A DNA stretch of 64,000 nt from Pristiophorus japonicus (taxonomy: Eukaryota). Below, piece by piece: positions 23,927 to 35,549 of the stretch. The DNA is taken from contig NC_091995.1 of the NCBI RefSeq assembly GCF_044704955.1, forward strand, positions 17,918,001-17,982,000. The letters run 5' to 3'. The translations under genes were made by a program, and so were the position numbers. The notes beneath the pieces were generated by a model. It made no database searches, was not told the origin of the DNA, and saw only the letters and a program-made list of their open reading frames with translations. The first letter of the stretch is position 1. Each line of letters begins with the position of its first letter.

Positions 23927-25740
23927 CTATAAAGCATAGAAAAAAGAAATACTTTTATTTATACAGCGCCTTTCATGACTCCAGACGTCACAAAGCGCTA
24001 TGCAGCAAATAAAGTGCTTTTTTTTAAGTGTAGGTACTGTTGTAATGTAGGAAACGCGGCAGCCATTTTGCGCACAGCAAGCTCGCACAAACTTCAACAT
24101 GATCATGAACAGATAATCCGTTTTACTGCTGTTGATTGAGGGATAAATGTTGGCCTGGAGGGGATAACTCCCCTGCTCTGCTTTAAAATAGTGCTTGGGA
24201 TCTCGCACTACAGCAGACAGGGACTCGGTTTAACCTCTCATCTGAAACAAGATGTATTGCACTGGGACGTCAGCTTAGATTTCTGTGCTGCAATTCGCTG
24301 GAGTGGGACACACAACCTTCCGATTCAGAGGCGAGGGTGCTACCAACCGAGCCACGGGAAATGATGCTGTATAATTTAATTTACTTGAACTGTGTATACA
24401 ATATAATACCATACTGTACCATACCTATAGCGCTGTAATGCACTGTGTTATAATGTTATAAGTTCCAGCTTAACACGGTAGAAAACAGTAGAATAATAAA
24501 ATAAAATACAGTAGGATGGACTGCATTGCACAAAAATAAAACGACACAATTAGTATGGTCCAATATACTCTACCACACAATGTAATGCAGCGTAAGGTTT
24601 TTCTCTTTAACTCTTTCCTTTAATCTGGTGAGCAAAGCAATTTAATATGTGCGCACCAAGCACTCGCACTAGAATAGAGTGACGTCTAGGTTAATCTATT
24701 ATAATACATGATATATCATTGAAACGTACACTACAATATCATGTAATAATTACTCAATAAAAATCAGCGTGTAGGAAGAAAATCTTTCAAAATATTTTGT
24801 TAGCCATATCCCTTAACACCTCAAATTGACTTTGTGACCAAGACGACTAACAAGTTTCACTCAATAGCCGTTCTAGAAGCAGAAGTTATTAAATCATAGA
24901 ATCACACAGTATGGAAGGAGGCCATTCGTCCCAACATGCCCGTGCCGGCTCTCTGAAGGAGTTATTAATTAGTCCCGCTCCCCCATAGCCCTGAAAAAAA
25001 AACGTTTAAAAATATTTATCCAATTTGGTTTTGAAAGTTACTGTTGGATCTGCTCTCACCAACGTTTCTTGCAGTGCATTCCAGATCATAACCACATGCT
25101 TAATAAAAAAAAAAATCTCCTCATCTCCCAACCTGGCTGTTTTATGCCAGCTATTTAAATCTGTGTCCACTGGTTGCCAGACAGAATACAATAAAAAAAA
25201 ATATTCGTTCACTTGATGTGAGCTTTGCTAGCAAGGCCAGTATTTATTGCCCATCCCTAATTGCCCTTGAGAATGTGGCGACAATCCACCAATTCAGAGA
25301 GCAGATAGGAGTCAAATACCTTGTTGTGGGTCTGGAGTCACTTTATGGCCAGACCAGGTCAGGACGGCAGATGTCTTCCCTAAAGAGACATATGACAATA
25401 GTGAACCTGATAGAATTTATTTGCTAGTTACTAGCTTTTTATTCCAGATTTATTTCATTTTAATGAATTTAAGTTCCCCAGTTGCTCTGGTGAGATGTGA
25501 ACTCATGTCTCTGAATTATTAGTCCAGACTTCTAGGATTTGTAGGTCAGTAACATATTCAATATGCTGACGTACCCGCTAAATAATCAGATAGAACAATA
25601 CTGAACACTTGTTCAATGGATTATAACTGATGGATACGGAAATTAACCAAATTATCATTAAAATCAAATGAAATCGAAGGAGTAAGTGTTGGGTGTCTAC
25701 TAAAAGTGATAGGTTGTGCACAGTTCTTTCTTTGACCCTC

Positions 25741-25775
25741 CTGCTTTACAGACCGCTGCATAGACCGGATCTAGT
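25741..25775 (-). pseudogene. Gene B relic 35-nt Tyr-motif exon (LDPVYAAVCKA), donor mutated GT>GA
   Basis: ttttttgcttcag|35 nt|gagggt; homologous to 11118-11152; lies after B's stop codon. Confidence 0.68.
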
Positions 25776-25884
25776 CTGAAGCAAAAAAGAACACCAGAAA
25801 GGTTAGGCATTCAAAAAAAATACATTGAAGAGAAAGAAAGTGGATTCTTAAAAAATAGTTTTATATAAACAATTATCTCGTGGG

Positions 25885-28800
25885 TTAACGAAGAGCGACT
25901 GTGAGCAGGAGAAGACAAAGATAGAACAGTTAAAGAGCTGAGGTTATTGATTATTTCAGTCGCGTCTTACAGATATAATTGGTATCGAATGAATTGAATC
26001 ATATTTTGAGGGCAATTTTAAACAAACCTACGGAGGAACGGACAGGATCGGGTGAAACTTTGGTTTCACACTCCGCCTGATTTTGAAATCAGCTGGCGAA
26101 CAATATTGGCAGGATTAAACCCGGTTCGTTTCCCACCCGGTGCGTTAAGATGAAATTACCAAAGAATTTGCCAACCACATGGAATTCAGTAGAGTTACAA
26201 TTAGTGCTGTTACCTCTCTTACGACGCCGGCGGACAACAACTACAGTGATTATAACAATGATCAGGAGAGGCGCTGCATAGACGAGTGGCCGTTGCTTTG
26301 CTTTGGACTGGCCGTTGCTGCCCTCTCCACCATCTGTGTGTAAATATAAAGGTTCATTGTGAGACAGAGCAGTCAAGAGCAGGGTAATGTTCACATAGAG
26401 ATTTAGCATCAGCAAATGTGACACAGATTCTAATCCCTCTTGAAGTGGGCGGATATATCCACACTCAACACTGGCAGACATCAAACTGGACCATCGCTTA
26501 AAATGCAATATGTCACAAGTGGTCAACTGGATTGTTTCCGACCCTTGAAGTAATACTGGGAGAATTTTAATGTAGGAATGCTTAATGAGTTGGTACCAAA
26601 TGCATTGATTTTAAACGGGATAAGGTGGGGTTGGAGCTGGGGCGGCCGTGTGAGTTCCGCTATCATAGGAAAGGGTTAAGCCATTTAACCCCTCAAGCCT
26701 GCTCCGTCATTCAATGAGATCATAACTGATTTGCAACCTAACTCCATATTCCTTAGTGCCTTTGTTTAATAAAAATATATCAACCACAGCAATTAAATAT
26801 GCAATTTACCCAGCATCAATTGCCATTTGCGAAAGACAGTGCCAAACTTCTACCACCCTTTGTGTGTAGAAGTGTTTCCTAATTTCGCTCTTGAAAAGTC
26901 TGGTTCTAAATTTTCGGCTATGCCCCCGGTCCTAGAATCCCCAACTAACTGAAATAGTTTATCTGCATTTTCCAATCTGTTCCCCTTAATATCCTGAGAG
27001 TGTTGCTCCTCCTACCGAGTTTTCCTGAATTCACTAGACCCTGGAAATACAGGCGGCCACCCCAGCACGAACGAGAAAATTATCCCCTCATAATTATGGG
27101 ATGCTTAAGACAAAATGAACATGTAGATATTAGATTGCCGAATCTGGGTGGTCAACGTATTTATTTCGTGGTCCCAACTTTGCAATTGGATGGAGCGCAA
27201 TATATTAATTCATATTTACATGCACAAATCTATCTGCCTCTATCTCCATTACAGGATGGCAATGAAAGCGAACTTAACATTGATGTGTTGACATGTTTAT
27301 TACTAATATTGGCACGTTGCAATTTCAAGGTTCACGTATTGCTCTTTGCCTTGCACACTGTATCTGGGTGGACTACTTGTCTATAGTCCTACCTAAAATG
27401 ATACACAACTAAATTTTATGAATATCCTCCATCTATTTATTTTTGAAAATCTTTCTCAGGATACGGGTGTCACTGGCGAGGCTGCCATGTATTGCCCATC
27501 CCTAATTGCCCTGAGAAGGTGCTGGTTGGCCTTCTTCTTGAACCGCTGCAGTCCGTGAGGTGAAGGTGCTCCCACCGCGCTGTTAGGGAGGGAGTTCCAG
27601 GATTTTAAAAGGAACTGCGATACAAGGTCAAGTCAGGATGGTGTGTCAATTGGAGGGGAACGTGCAGGTGGTGGTGTTCCCATGTACCTACTGCCGTTAT
27701 CCTTCGAGGTGGTGGAGGTCGCGGGTTTGGGAGTTTCAATTGATCGAATGGATCATTGACCTATACGGCCAATATTACTCCCTAGAAAAATAGCATACGG
27801 TTGTGTGCAATATCATTCGTAAGAATAACTCCACCAATCCAAACTTTGGTCACCACCTTGCACGGTCAGTGTTGTGCCGGTTCCGTATACTTCACCGATT
27901 TTCACGAGCTGTACTTTGCACAAATATAACCCTGTATCTCCCGGTTTCAGCTGGATTATTCTAATGGATGCGTTTTTCCTCGTGCTGAAATCTTCTCTAC
28001 TTGCCCCCAGGACCCTGCCGCTGTATTCGCCTGTGCTGTTGGAAACTTCAATTCCATGTTTGGAGCCTCGGAGCCAACTGTAGCCGCCGATTCCTGCGGG
28101 ACCCTCATATGTGCAGCCCAGTTCCGCTGTCTGTCCCACGGTTTTGGTGAGCGATTGCGGGCTCTGAGATACTGTGATATCATAACAGTAAATGCTGCAA
28201 GTGGGTAAAACAGACGATATATAAATAAGCAGTGCACGTGTTTGCCTTAAAACACGGCGCGGAAGGATTAGTTTTAATCAAATATTGTTTTGAGGATTTA
28301 TGCTCTTTAATTGGGGTATAATAACAGAAAATTCTGGAAATACTCAGCAAGTCAGGCAGCATTTGTGGAAAAAGAGAAGCAGAGTTAACGCTCCTGAACG
28401 ATTATCTTTAGCCAGAACTGGAAACAGGTAGAGATGTGACATGTTTTAAGCAGGTGCAGGGGGCAGTGAAAAAGGGAGGGAAGAAAGAACAAAAAGGAAG
28501 GTATGTGACAGGGTGGAAGGCAGGAGAGATTAACTAACAAAACGGATGATGGTGCAAGATATAAGTCGATAGTAATGCCACAAGTAAAGAACAAAATGAG
28601 TCTAGAAGAGGTATAAATGGTTAACGAGGGATATTGGAGTTGGAAATGAAGTGACTTTCGATGTTGGGTGCATTCCTAGGTAAAGTACAGAATGGATCTG
28701 GTACAAACTATCTCTACCCCTTTCCAAATAATAAGCATTAACTTTAATTTCAGTACTCCCGATTGTGCCGCCTTGGGGTATATATAGGAATATTAAAACG

Positions 28801-31462
28801 TAAGAATTAGGAGCACGAGTAGGCCATTCGGTGCATCGAGCCTGCACCACCATTCAATGACGGAATGGCTGATCTTCTACCACAACTCTACTTTCCTGCA
28901 CTATCCCCATATTCTTTGATTCCCTTCATATCCAGTAATCTATTGATGTCTCTCTTGAATATACTCAAAGACTGAGCCTCTACATCCCTCTGGGATAGAG
29001 AATTCTAAAGATTCACTACCCTCTGAGTGAAGAAATTTCTCCTCATCTCAATCCTAAATATTCAACCCTTTATTCTGAGTCAGTGACCTGGGTTCTGGAC
29101 TCCTCACCCAGAGGAAACATCCTCCCTGTATTTACTCGGTCCATCCCTGTCAGATCACCTCTCATTCTTCGAAACTCTGGAGAATATAGGCCTAGTCCAC
29201 TCAAGCTCGACTCATAGGACAATGCCCCATCCCAGGAATCAGGCTGGTAAACCGTCGGTGCACTCTCTCAAACGGTTAATATATCATTCCTTAGGTAAGG
29301 AGACCAAAACTGTACACAATACGCCAGGTGTGGTCTCACCAGGGCCTTATATAATTGTAGTAAGACATCTTTACTGTTATACTCAAATCCTCTCGCACGA
29401 AAGGCCAACATACTATTTCTTTTTTAACTGCTTGCTGCACCTGCATGTTCATATGCTTTCTTCGCTACCCTCAGGTCTCACTAACGCTTTGAGCGAGGGT
29501 TGAAACTGGGCGATTTCGAATTAAGCGCCTCGTCCGATGCGCTCTAGAATTTGGCTGTCATTCCAACTTCAGGGTGATACATGGGCGAGATCGGATCAGC
29601 TGCCTGCAGTTGAAATCGGGACCAGGTATACAACGGGCGGCTGAATCAATGTCGCCCGTCGCACAAAGTCAAAATCCCCTCCAAAAAGCAAGAGCAATTA
29701 TAATCTTATTAGTCTGAACAAGTTGGAAGTCACATAGGTGCTAACCACCCCAGTGATCATCTCACTATTAACCATTGATGACCGAAGAATGTGTAAAATT
29801 CAAACAGAATATCATAGTCAAAATAATGAAACGAGCTGAATGTCCTCAGCTTGCTACATTTAGCGGCATTACAAATTAGATGAAACATTTTCCTACTTTG
29901 GGTGCATCTTGTAAAACCGCAAATACCTGTTTAAATATTTTAATCATTTTTCCACAATTACTGAAGAGAGAAAATACTCAATGCATTCGCGACCTCTTTA
30001 TGCGCGGCAAGCAGCCTAATTCGAGCCATTTGCTGATAAGGAGAGAAAGACTGTATTCATTTAAACTGCTCAAATCTTGGTAACGGGTACTTATTTGAAC
30101 ACAGCCAGCACTGAGCATTTGCATTTTAATTGTCAGTGTAATATCATAGAATCATAGAATGGTACAGCACAGACTCCTAAAGCTTGCTCCGCCATTCAAT
30201 AAGATCATGGTTGATCATCTACCTTAAGTCCACTTTCCAACCAGATTTCCATAAACCTTCATTACCCTAGAGTAAAAAAAATCTATATCTCAGCCTTGAA
30301 TATATTCGGAGACTCAGCATCCACAGCTATCTGGGGCAGATAATTCCAAATGTTCACAATGCTCTGAGTGAAGAAATTCCTCTTCATCGCCGTCTTAAAA
30401 GGGCGACCCCTTAACTGAAACGATGCGCCCTAGTTCTAGATTCACCGCCCCCTCCCCCCCACCCCGCAATGAGTTGGTCCCACTCCTTTTCCCCATATTT
30501 CTGCAATATTTTCTTTCAAGTATTTGCCATACTTCCCTTTGAAGATGCTATTGAATCTGTATCCACCATCCTATCAGGTAGAGTACTGTGGCAATATGTA
30601 CTTCAGGGTGCAACATACGTTGTGCTTTCATGGACAGCTAATTAGCCGAGAGCCGATCTGTCTCTCGCGTTTAGCCTGTAATCTCTCTCTATCTCTTTCA
30701 GTCTCACTTTCTCTCTCACACACACCTACGCACAAGTATGATTGGAACCCAACTCTCTCTGTGTGTTTTACGCATAATGTTCCCCTCAACTGTTTTTCCC
30801 CTTCCTAACCATAACTTCTGGATTTATCTTTTCTTCCCTCCCACTATTCCGAGCCTTGATGTTGTCTTGCGCCATGGCCCATTGTCCTTTCACCTAAATG
30901 CCTCAATTCAAATATAAGCAACCTCGAAAGCGTTAGCTTCTCTATGCTGACCCCCCCCCCCCCCCCCGCTTAACTGCGGGATTGATTATATTGCCGGGAC
31001 ATGATTCATTACCACGGCATTGAGATTCCAAGTTGGCCAATCTCCTGTCTATGAGAATGTCCGCACGAAACTGCTGGTTTTTTAAATTGCAGGCCAGCTG
31101 ACCATGAATAAAAAAATTGGTTGAATCTACAATCTGGTATTGAGAACCACAAATAGCTGATAGCAGAATAAGATTGGACTCGGTTCACGGATGACCTAGT
31201 GTACACATACATAAGAAAGAAAGGGAGGGCGTCGCAATTGGTAATTCATAATTAATTGGCATGCATTATTTCATTAAAGTCATTATTTAATCAATGGAAA
31301 TGATAATCAGTCCCTTTCACCGCAGCGCACGTTTTACACTCAGGCGGCAAGTTGACATTCTCCCCTGTACATATCTATGAATCTGATGCGTTAGAAATTG
31401 ATATGAAAACGCTGCTTACCGGAGAACATAGTGATTGCCCAGGTAACTGCAGCCCAATTCAT
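25885..31462 (-). CDS. NCR3-like: Gene B: NKp30/NCR3-like paralogue of gene A (non-signalling, secreted or pseudogene); exons 31462-31420, ~28194/28171-~27857, 26333-26214, 25898-25885
   Basis: Leader MNWAAVTWAITMFS, intact IgV, TM lacking Arg, tail RRRRKRVALR*; V-exon acceptor shifted by 2 nt and canonical donor deleted. Confidence 0.72.
26214..26333 (-). CDS. Gene B stalk + transmembrane exon (9 nt shorter than in A, no TM Arg)
   Basis: cacacag|120 nt|gtaaca; DGGEGSNGQSKAKQRPLVYAAPLLIIVIITVVVVRRRRKR. Confidence 0.85.
27813..28194 (-). CDS. NCR3-like: Gene B Ig V-set (VJ-type) exon, NKp30-like (shown to the read-through stop)
   Basis: DITVSQSPQ..LGCTY..IGGYSW..EVSNSTGEYSGRV..DTGLYLCKVQ..YGTGTTLTVQ; 82 of 112 aa identical to A by hand count. 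Confidence 0.9.
28800..29450 (-). mobile_element. CR1 3' fragment in gene B intron 1
   Basis: Tail plus RT C-terminal sequence (..ALVRPHLAYCVQFWSP..). Confidence 0.8.
31420..31462 (-). CDS. Gene B leader exon
   Basis: agaATG..43 nt|gtaagc; MNWAAVTWAITMFS. Confidence 0.8.
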
Positions 31463-31564
31463 TCTCCCTGTAGGCGGTGGAATAATTTCAGAAAAGAAAT
31501 TCAGTTATTGCACAGAGAGGAAACTTGAGTAATGCGCAGCGGTAGAGTGAGACCGAGATAGTGT

Positions 31565-31572
31565 CCGGAAGT
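31565..31572. promoter_or_regulatory. Consensus ETS site (CCGGAAGT) ~100 bp upstream of the gene B ATG
   Basis: Exact ETS consensus in the conserved proximal promoter; gene A has ACGGATGT at the same position. Confidence 0.45.
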
Positions 31573-32224
31573 GAGGTAATGGAAAGAAAAGTGAGCTGCA
31601 TGCTGTATGTCCCACCGCAATTACCTCTCGCATATATTTCTCACTCTCTCTCTCGCACCCGCACACTCGCATTTTCTGTCAAAGACAATTTACAGCAGAC
31701 ACACACAGGTGGGGTAGAGTCTTGGCTTCATCTGCTCCTTGGGTATGTAATTGGTTACGCTATAGAAGGCAGTCACTGGAAGAAACAAATACTTGCATTT
31801 TTATAATGCACTTCACGACCACCGGACGTGTCAACGCGCTTTAAAACCAATTGAGTACTTTTGAAGTGTTGTCACTGTTGTAATGTGGTAGATGCGGCAG
31901 CCATTTTACGCACAGCAATATGATAATGATCAGATAATCTATTTTTGTCATGTTGATGGATGGATAAATATTGACCAGGACACTGGGGATCAATCCCTGC
32001 TCTTTGAAATTGTGCCATGGGACATTTTACTTCAATCTGAGAGAGCAGACGGGGCCTTGATTTATCGTGTCATCCGAAAGACAGCACCTCCGACAGTACA
32101 GCACTCCATTCAGCAGTGCTTTGGTGAGTCAGCCTAGATTAAAGTGCTCAAGTTTACGACTTGAGCGCGCAATCTTCTGACTCAGAGGCCAAGGTGCTAC
32201 CCACTGAGCCACAGGTGACTGTAG

Positions 32225-33310
32225 GAGCTCATAGAGAGACTGGTGAAATGGGCAGACACAAGGCAGATGCAAATTAATGCGGAGAAGTGTGAAGTGATGC
32301 ACTTTGGGAGGAGCAACATGGAGAGACATGAAAACATAATGGTACTATTTTGAGGGGGTGCAAGAACAGAGGAACCTGGGTGTGCATATTCACAAGTAAT
32401 TGAACCTCCAACTTACAAGCCACCTGACTTGGAAATATATCGCCGGTCCTTCGTCGACGCTGGGTCAAGACTCTGGTACTCCCTCCCTAAAAGCACTGCT
32501 GGAGTACCTTCACCACACGGACTGCAGCAGTTCAAGAACGTGGCTGATCACCAGCTTCTATAGGGCAAGTAGAGATGGGCAATAAACGTTGGCCTTTCCA
32601 GCTTTGCCTACATCTTGGAATGAATGAACATAAATTTGAAGGTGGCAGTGCAAGTTGACAAGGCAGTTAAGAAAACATATAGGATACCTGGCTTTGTTAA
32701 AAGGGGCATTGAATACGAAAGCATGGAAGTCATGCTAAGCCTTTTCCAATCACTCATTTGGCCTCAGCTGTTGCATTGTGTAGAATTCTGGCCAGCACAC
32801 TTTAGGATGGATGGCTAGGCTTTGTGGACGGTACAGAGAGGTTTACCAGGATGATGCCAGGGAGGACGGAGTTCAGTTATGTGGAGAGATTGGAGAAGCT
32901 GTGATTGTTCTCCTTCGAGCAGAGAAGGTTAAGGGGAAACCTGAGAGATGCATTCAAAATAAGAAGGAGTTCTGAGAGAGCAAGTAGCGAAAAATTATAT
33001 CCTCTGGCTAGTGGGTCGGTAAACAGAGGTCATAGATTTAAAATAATTGGCCAAAAAACTAGAGTGGAAATTAGGAGAAATTTCTTCACACAGTGTATTA
33101 CTAAGATCTGGAATGCACTACCTGAAAGGGCTGTGTAAGCATATTCCACAGTAACTTTCAAAAGGCAATTGGAGATGTACTTGGTTATTTGCAGGATTAA
33201 GGGAGAAAATCAGGGAATGCGACTAATTAAATCCTCACCACCTTTATTTGACCGGCACAGACACGATGGCCTAGTTGTCTCCTTCAGTGCCAAAAATTTC
33301 TATGATTCGA
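32225..33310 (+). mobile_element. Old CR1 3' portion interrupted by another LINE 3' fragment (~32410-32625)
   Basis: EKCEVMHFG, AVKKTYRIPGFVKRGIEY, RGHRFK..RRNFFTQ..IWNALP. Confidence 0.82.
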
Positions 33311-35129
33311 AAAGAATGAACTACCCGCTCGATGGAGTCTTTGAAGTGTTTCTAAGTGAACAATTTAACATCTTCCTTAAAATGACCTACAAAACGATTG
33401 CACATGAAGTTGTTAATTTCGTTTTGTTTTATTGTTTATTCCCACAATCTAAACTTAAGTCCCAGATGTAACGTCAGCATTTTATGCAGTTGCTGTGGAT
33501 TTTGGACTGTTGTTGTTGTTCTTCCTTGTCATGACACTAACATGAAGGGAGGACGGCGCTGACCACAGACTGGTATGGAGTTCATTCACGCTTACCAAAG
33601 CAACGTGCAGTGTCGACTCAAGTCGATGAATGGTCCTCGTAGCTTAAATTAAATGACTGTAAATAAGAAACAGCACCATATGTATTTTTGACCGAGCAGC
33701 TTTCAGACATGAAGCATCTGGGACTCCAGTTATAGATGTTGAATGCTGCTCGTTGTCTTTAATAGATGCGGCATTTGCCTCAAATGTTTTTGCAGAATCT
33801 CATTGCTAATGTGCATCCTCCTGAAGTTATGGGGCGACCTGCAGATTAGCACACCCGACATGAGCTTTAGTAACTTTCAGATGAGCCACATTCTGCACAG
33901 AAAACACGTCATTGAAGAAATGCAAAAACAAACCCAGATAATTCCTTCTTTAATTATTAAACGTCTTGAAAAGCAAACGCAACCAACATAAAAAAAATAA
34001 CTTGATTTTAATTAGTTCAATTTGATTGATGCAGTAAATTTAGGGGGGACCTGAAAACTCTCAGGTAGCTACTTACATAATTGACCCCAGCCCTCCTGCT
34101 GAAGTAGTTGATTCACGGTCTGTTGTTCCACAGGTGGCGGGTCTCAGCTGCTCCGCAAGTGGCCATCTTTATCTCTGAGCCAGGACAATGATTGATGGGG
34201 TGCTATTCAACTAAGATCACTCGCACACCCCACCCAGCTGAATATTATGTACCTATCAATGTCAGCAGATGACTGGTTGGGCCTAGTGTTTAATTCTGGC
34301 TCAAGTATCCCATTCCTTCGTCTCTACTTTGGTTCTAAACCTTTATTGCCGTGTGTCACCGTTGAGGCATTTTGACCTTGAAGACACCACCTTACTTCCT
34401 GCAAGATGGAGGATGCTTACTCTATAGTCATTGGCCAACTGGTAAGGATGGGATCAGGCCCTCGCTTCAAGGACAATGTAACCCAAAACAGGCAAACGCC
34501 GCCCAGGTTAATATGTACTTATATCTTTCCATTTGGGTTGATAGTGCAGATCATTGACGCAGTCCATCACAAGCAAAACTGTTTACGCTGTTGTTTGTGT
34601 TAATGCAAAGTGAAAATCAGCATATAGGTGGAATATAAATCTGAAATTTCCCAGGTCACTAACACCCTGATGTGTAAGACTCCACATGGGAAGCCGTCCC
34701 TCACTGCTTGCAGCTCTCAAAGAATGCATTCCAAATTCAACTTTAAGAAAGAGGGGTGGTGAATTTATGTAGCGATTTTCAGACTTCATAAAATGCCTTC
34801 ATCCCCTGCTCTTGTCCAGATAGAGCCAGGGCACAATTTATCTCCAGTTGAGAGGGTCGAAGCAGCTTTATATAGTTATGGCAAAACATACTCCCTTTAA
34901 ATTCAAGCCCTCTAGATATAAATGATAACATTTCATTAGCCTTTTTGATTACTTTTCTACCTGGTCACTACATTTTAGTGATCTGTATACATGGAGCCGT
35001 AACTCTCTTTGGACCTCCAATTTTCCTAACTTTTCACCGTTTTAAAAATATTGTAACCATGCTGCATTAATCCAAGTTATAATTTAAATGGGGAAAAATT
35101 GCAAAGTGCTGCAGTACAGAGGGACATAG

Positions 35130-35545
35130 AAAGATAGAATCATATAAATCTACACCACAGAAGGAGGACATTTCGGACCGTAGTGCCTGTGCCAGCCGAT
35201 AAAGAACTAAACCACCCTCGTTCAGCAACCCTGAAGATTACATATAAATCTTTGATGAATGAACAATGGCGGAGAGGTAAAGAATATCCGACCCAACCAA
35301 AACGCCCCACACAACTATGACACCGCAACATTGTACACTCCACCCTAACCGGAGCCATGCAATCTCCTGGGAGAGGCAAAAACCAGATGCAAACACAGGC
35401 CAGTTGGGGAAAATAATCTGGGAAAATTCCAATCTGACCAATTCAGGGGATCAAAACTAGTCCAAAAGATCACCCTGGCCGTAGTCGATTCCCTGCAATA
35501 CTTACCAGCGTATCTGCACCAGCCAACAAGAGGTTACCCAGTTTA
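35130..35545 (-). mobile_element. Isolated long 3'UTR of a CR1 subfamily (inverted relative to 36860-37270)
   Basis: Reverse-complement similarity, e.g. aaccggagccatg..atctcctgggagaggcaaaaacca vs tggtttttgcctctcccaggagatcacatggctccggtt. Confidence 0.8.
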
Positions 35546-35549
35546 ATCC

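Larger units (their letters stand above)
20353..31580. repeat. Tandem segmental duplication, copy 2 (gene B unit)
   Basis: Co-linear with 7255-15670, with extra sequence at ~20630-22175 and a differing stretch at ~28800-30470. Confidence 0.92.
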
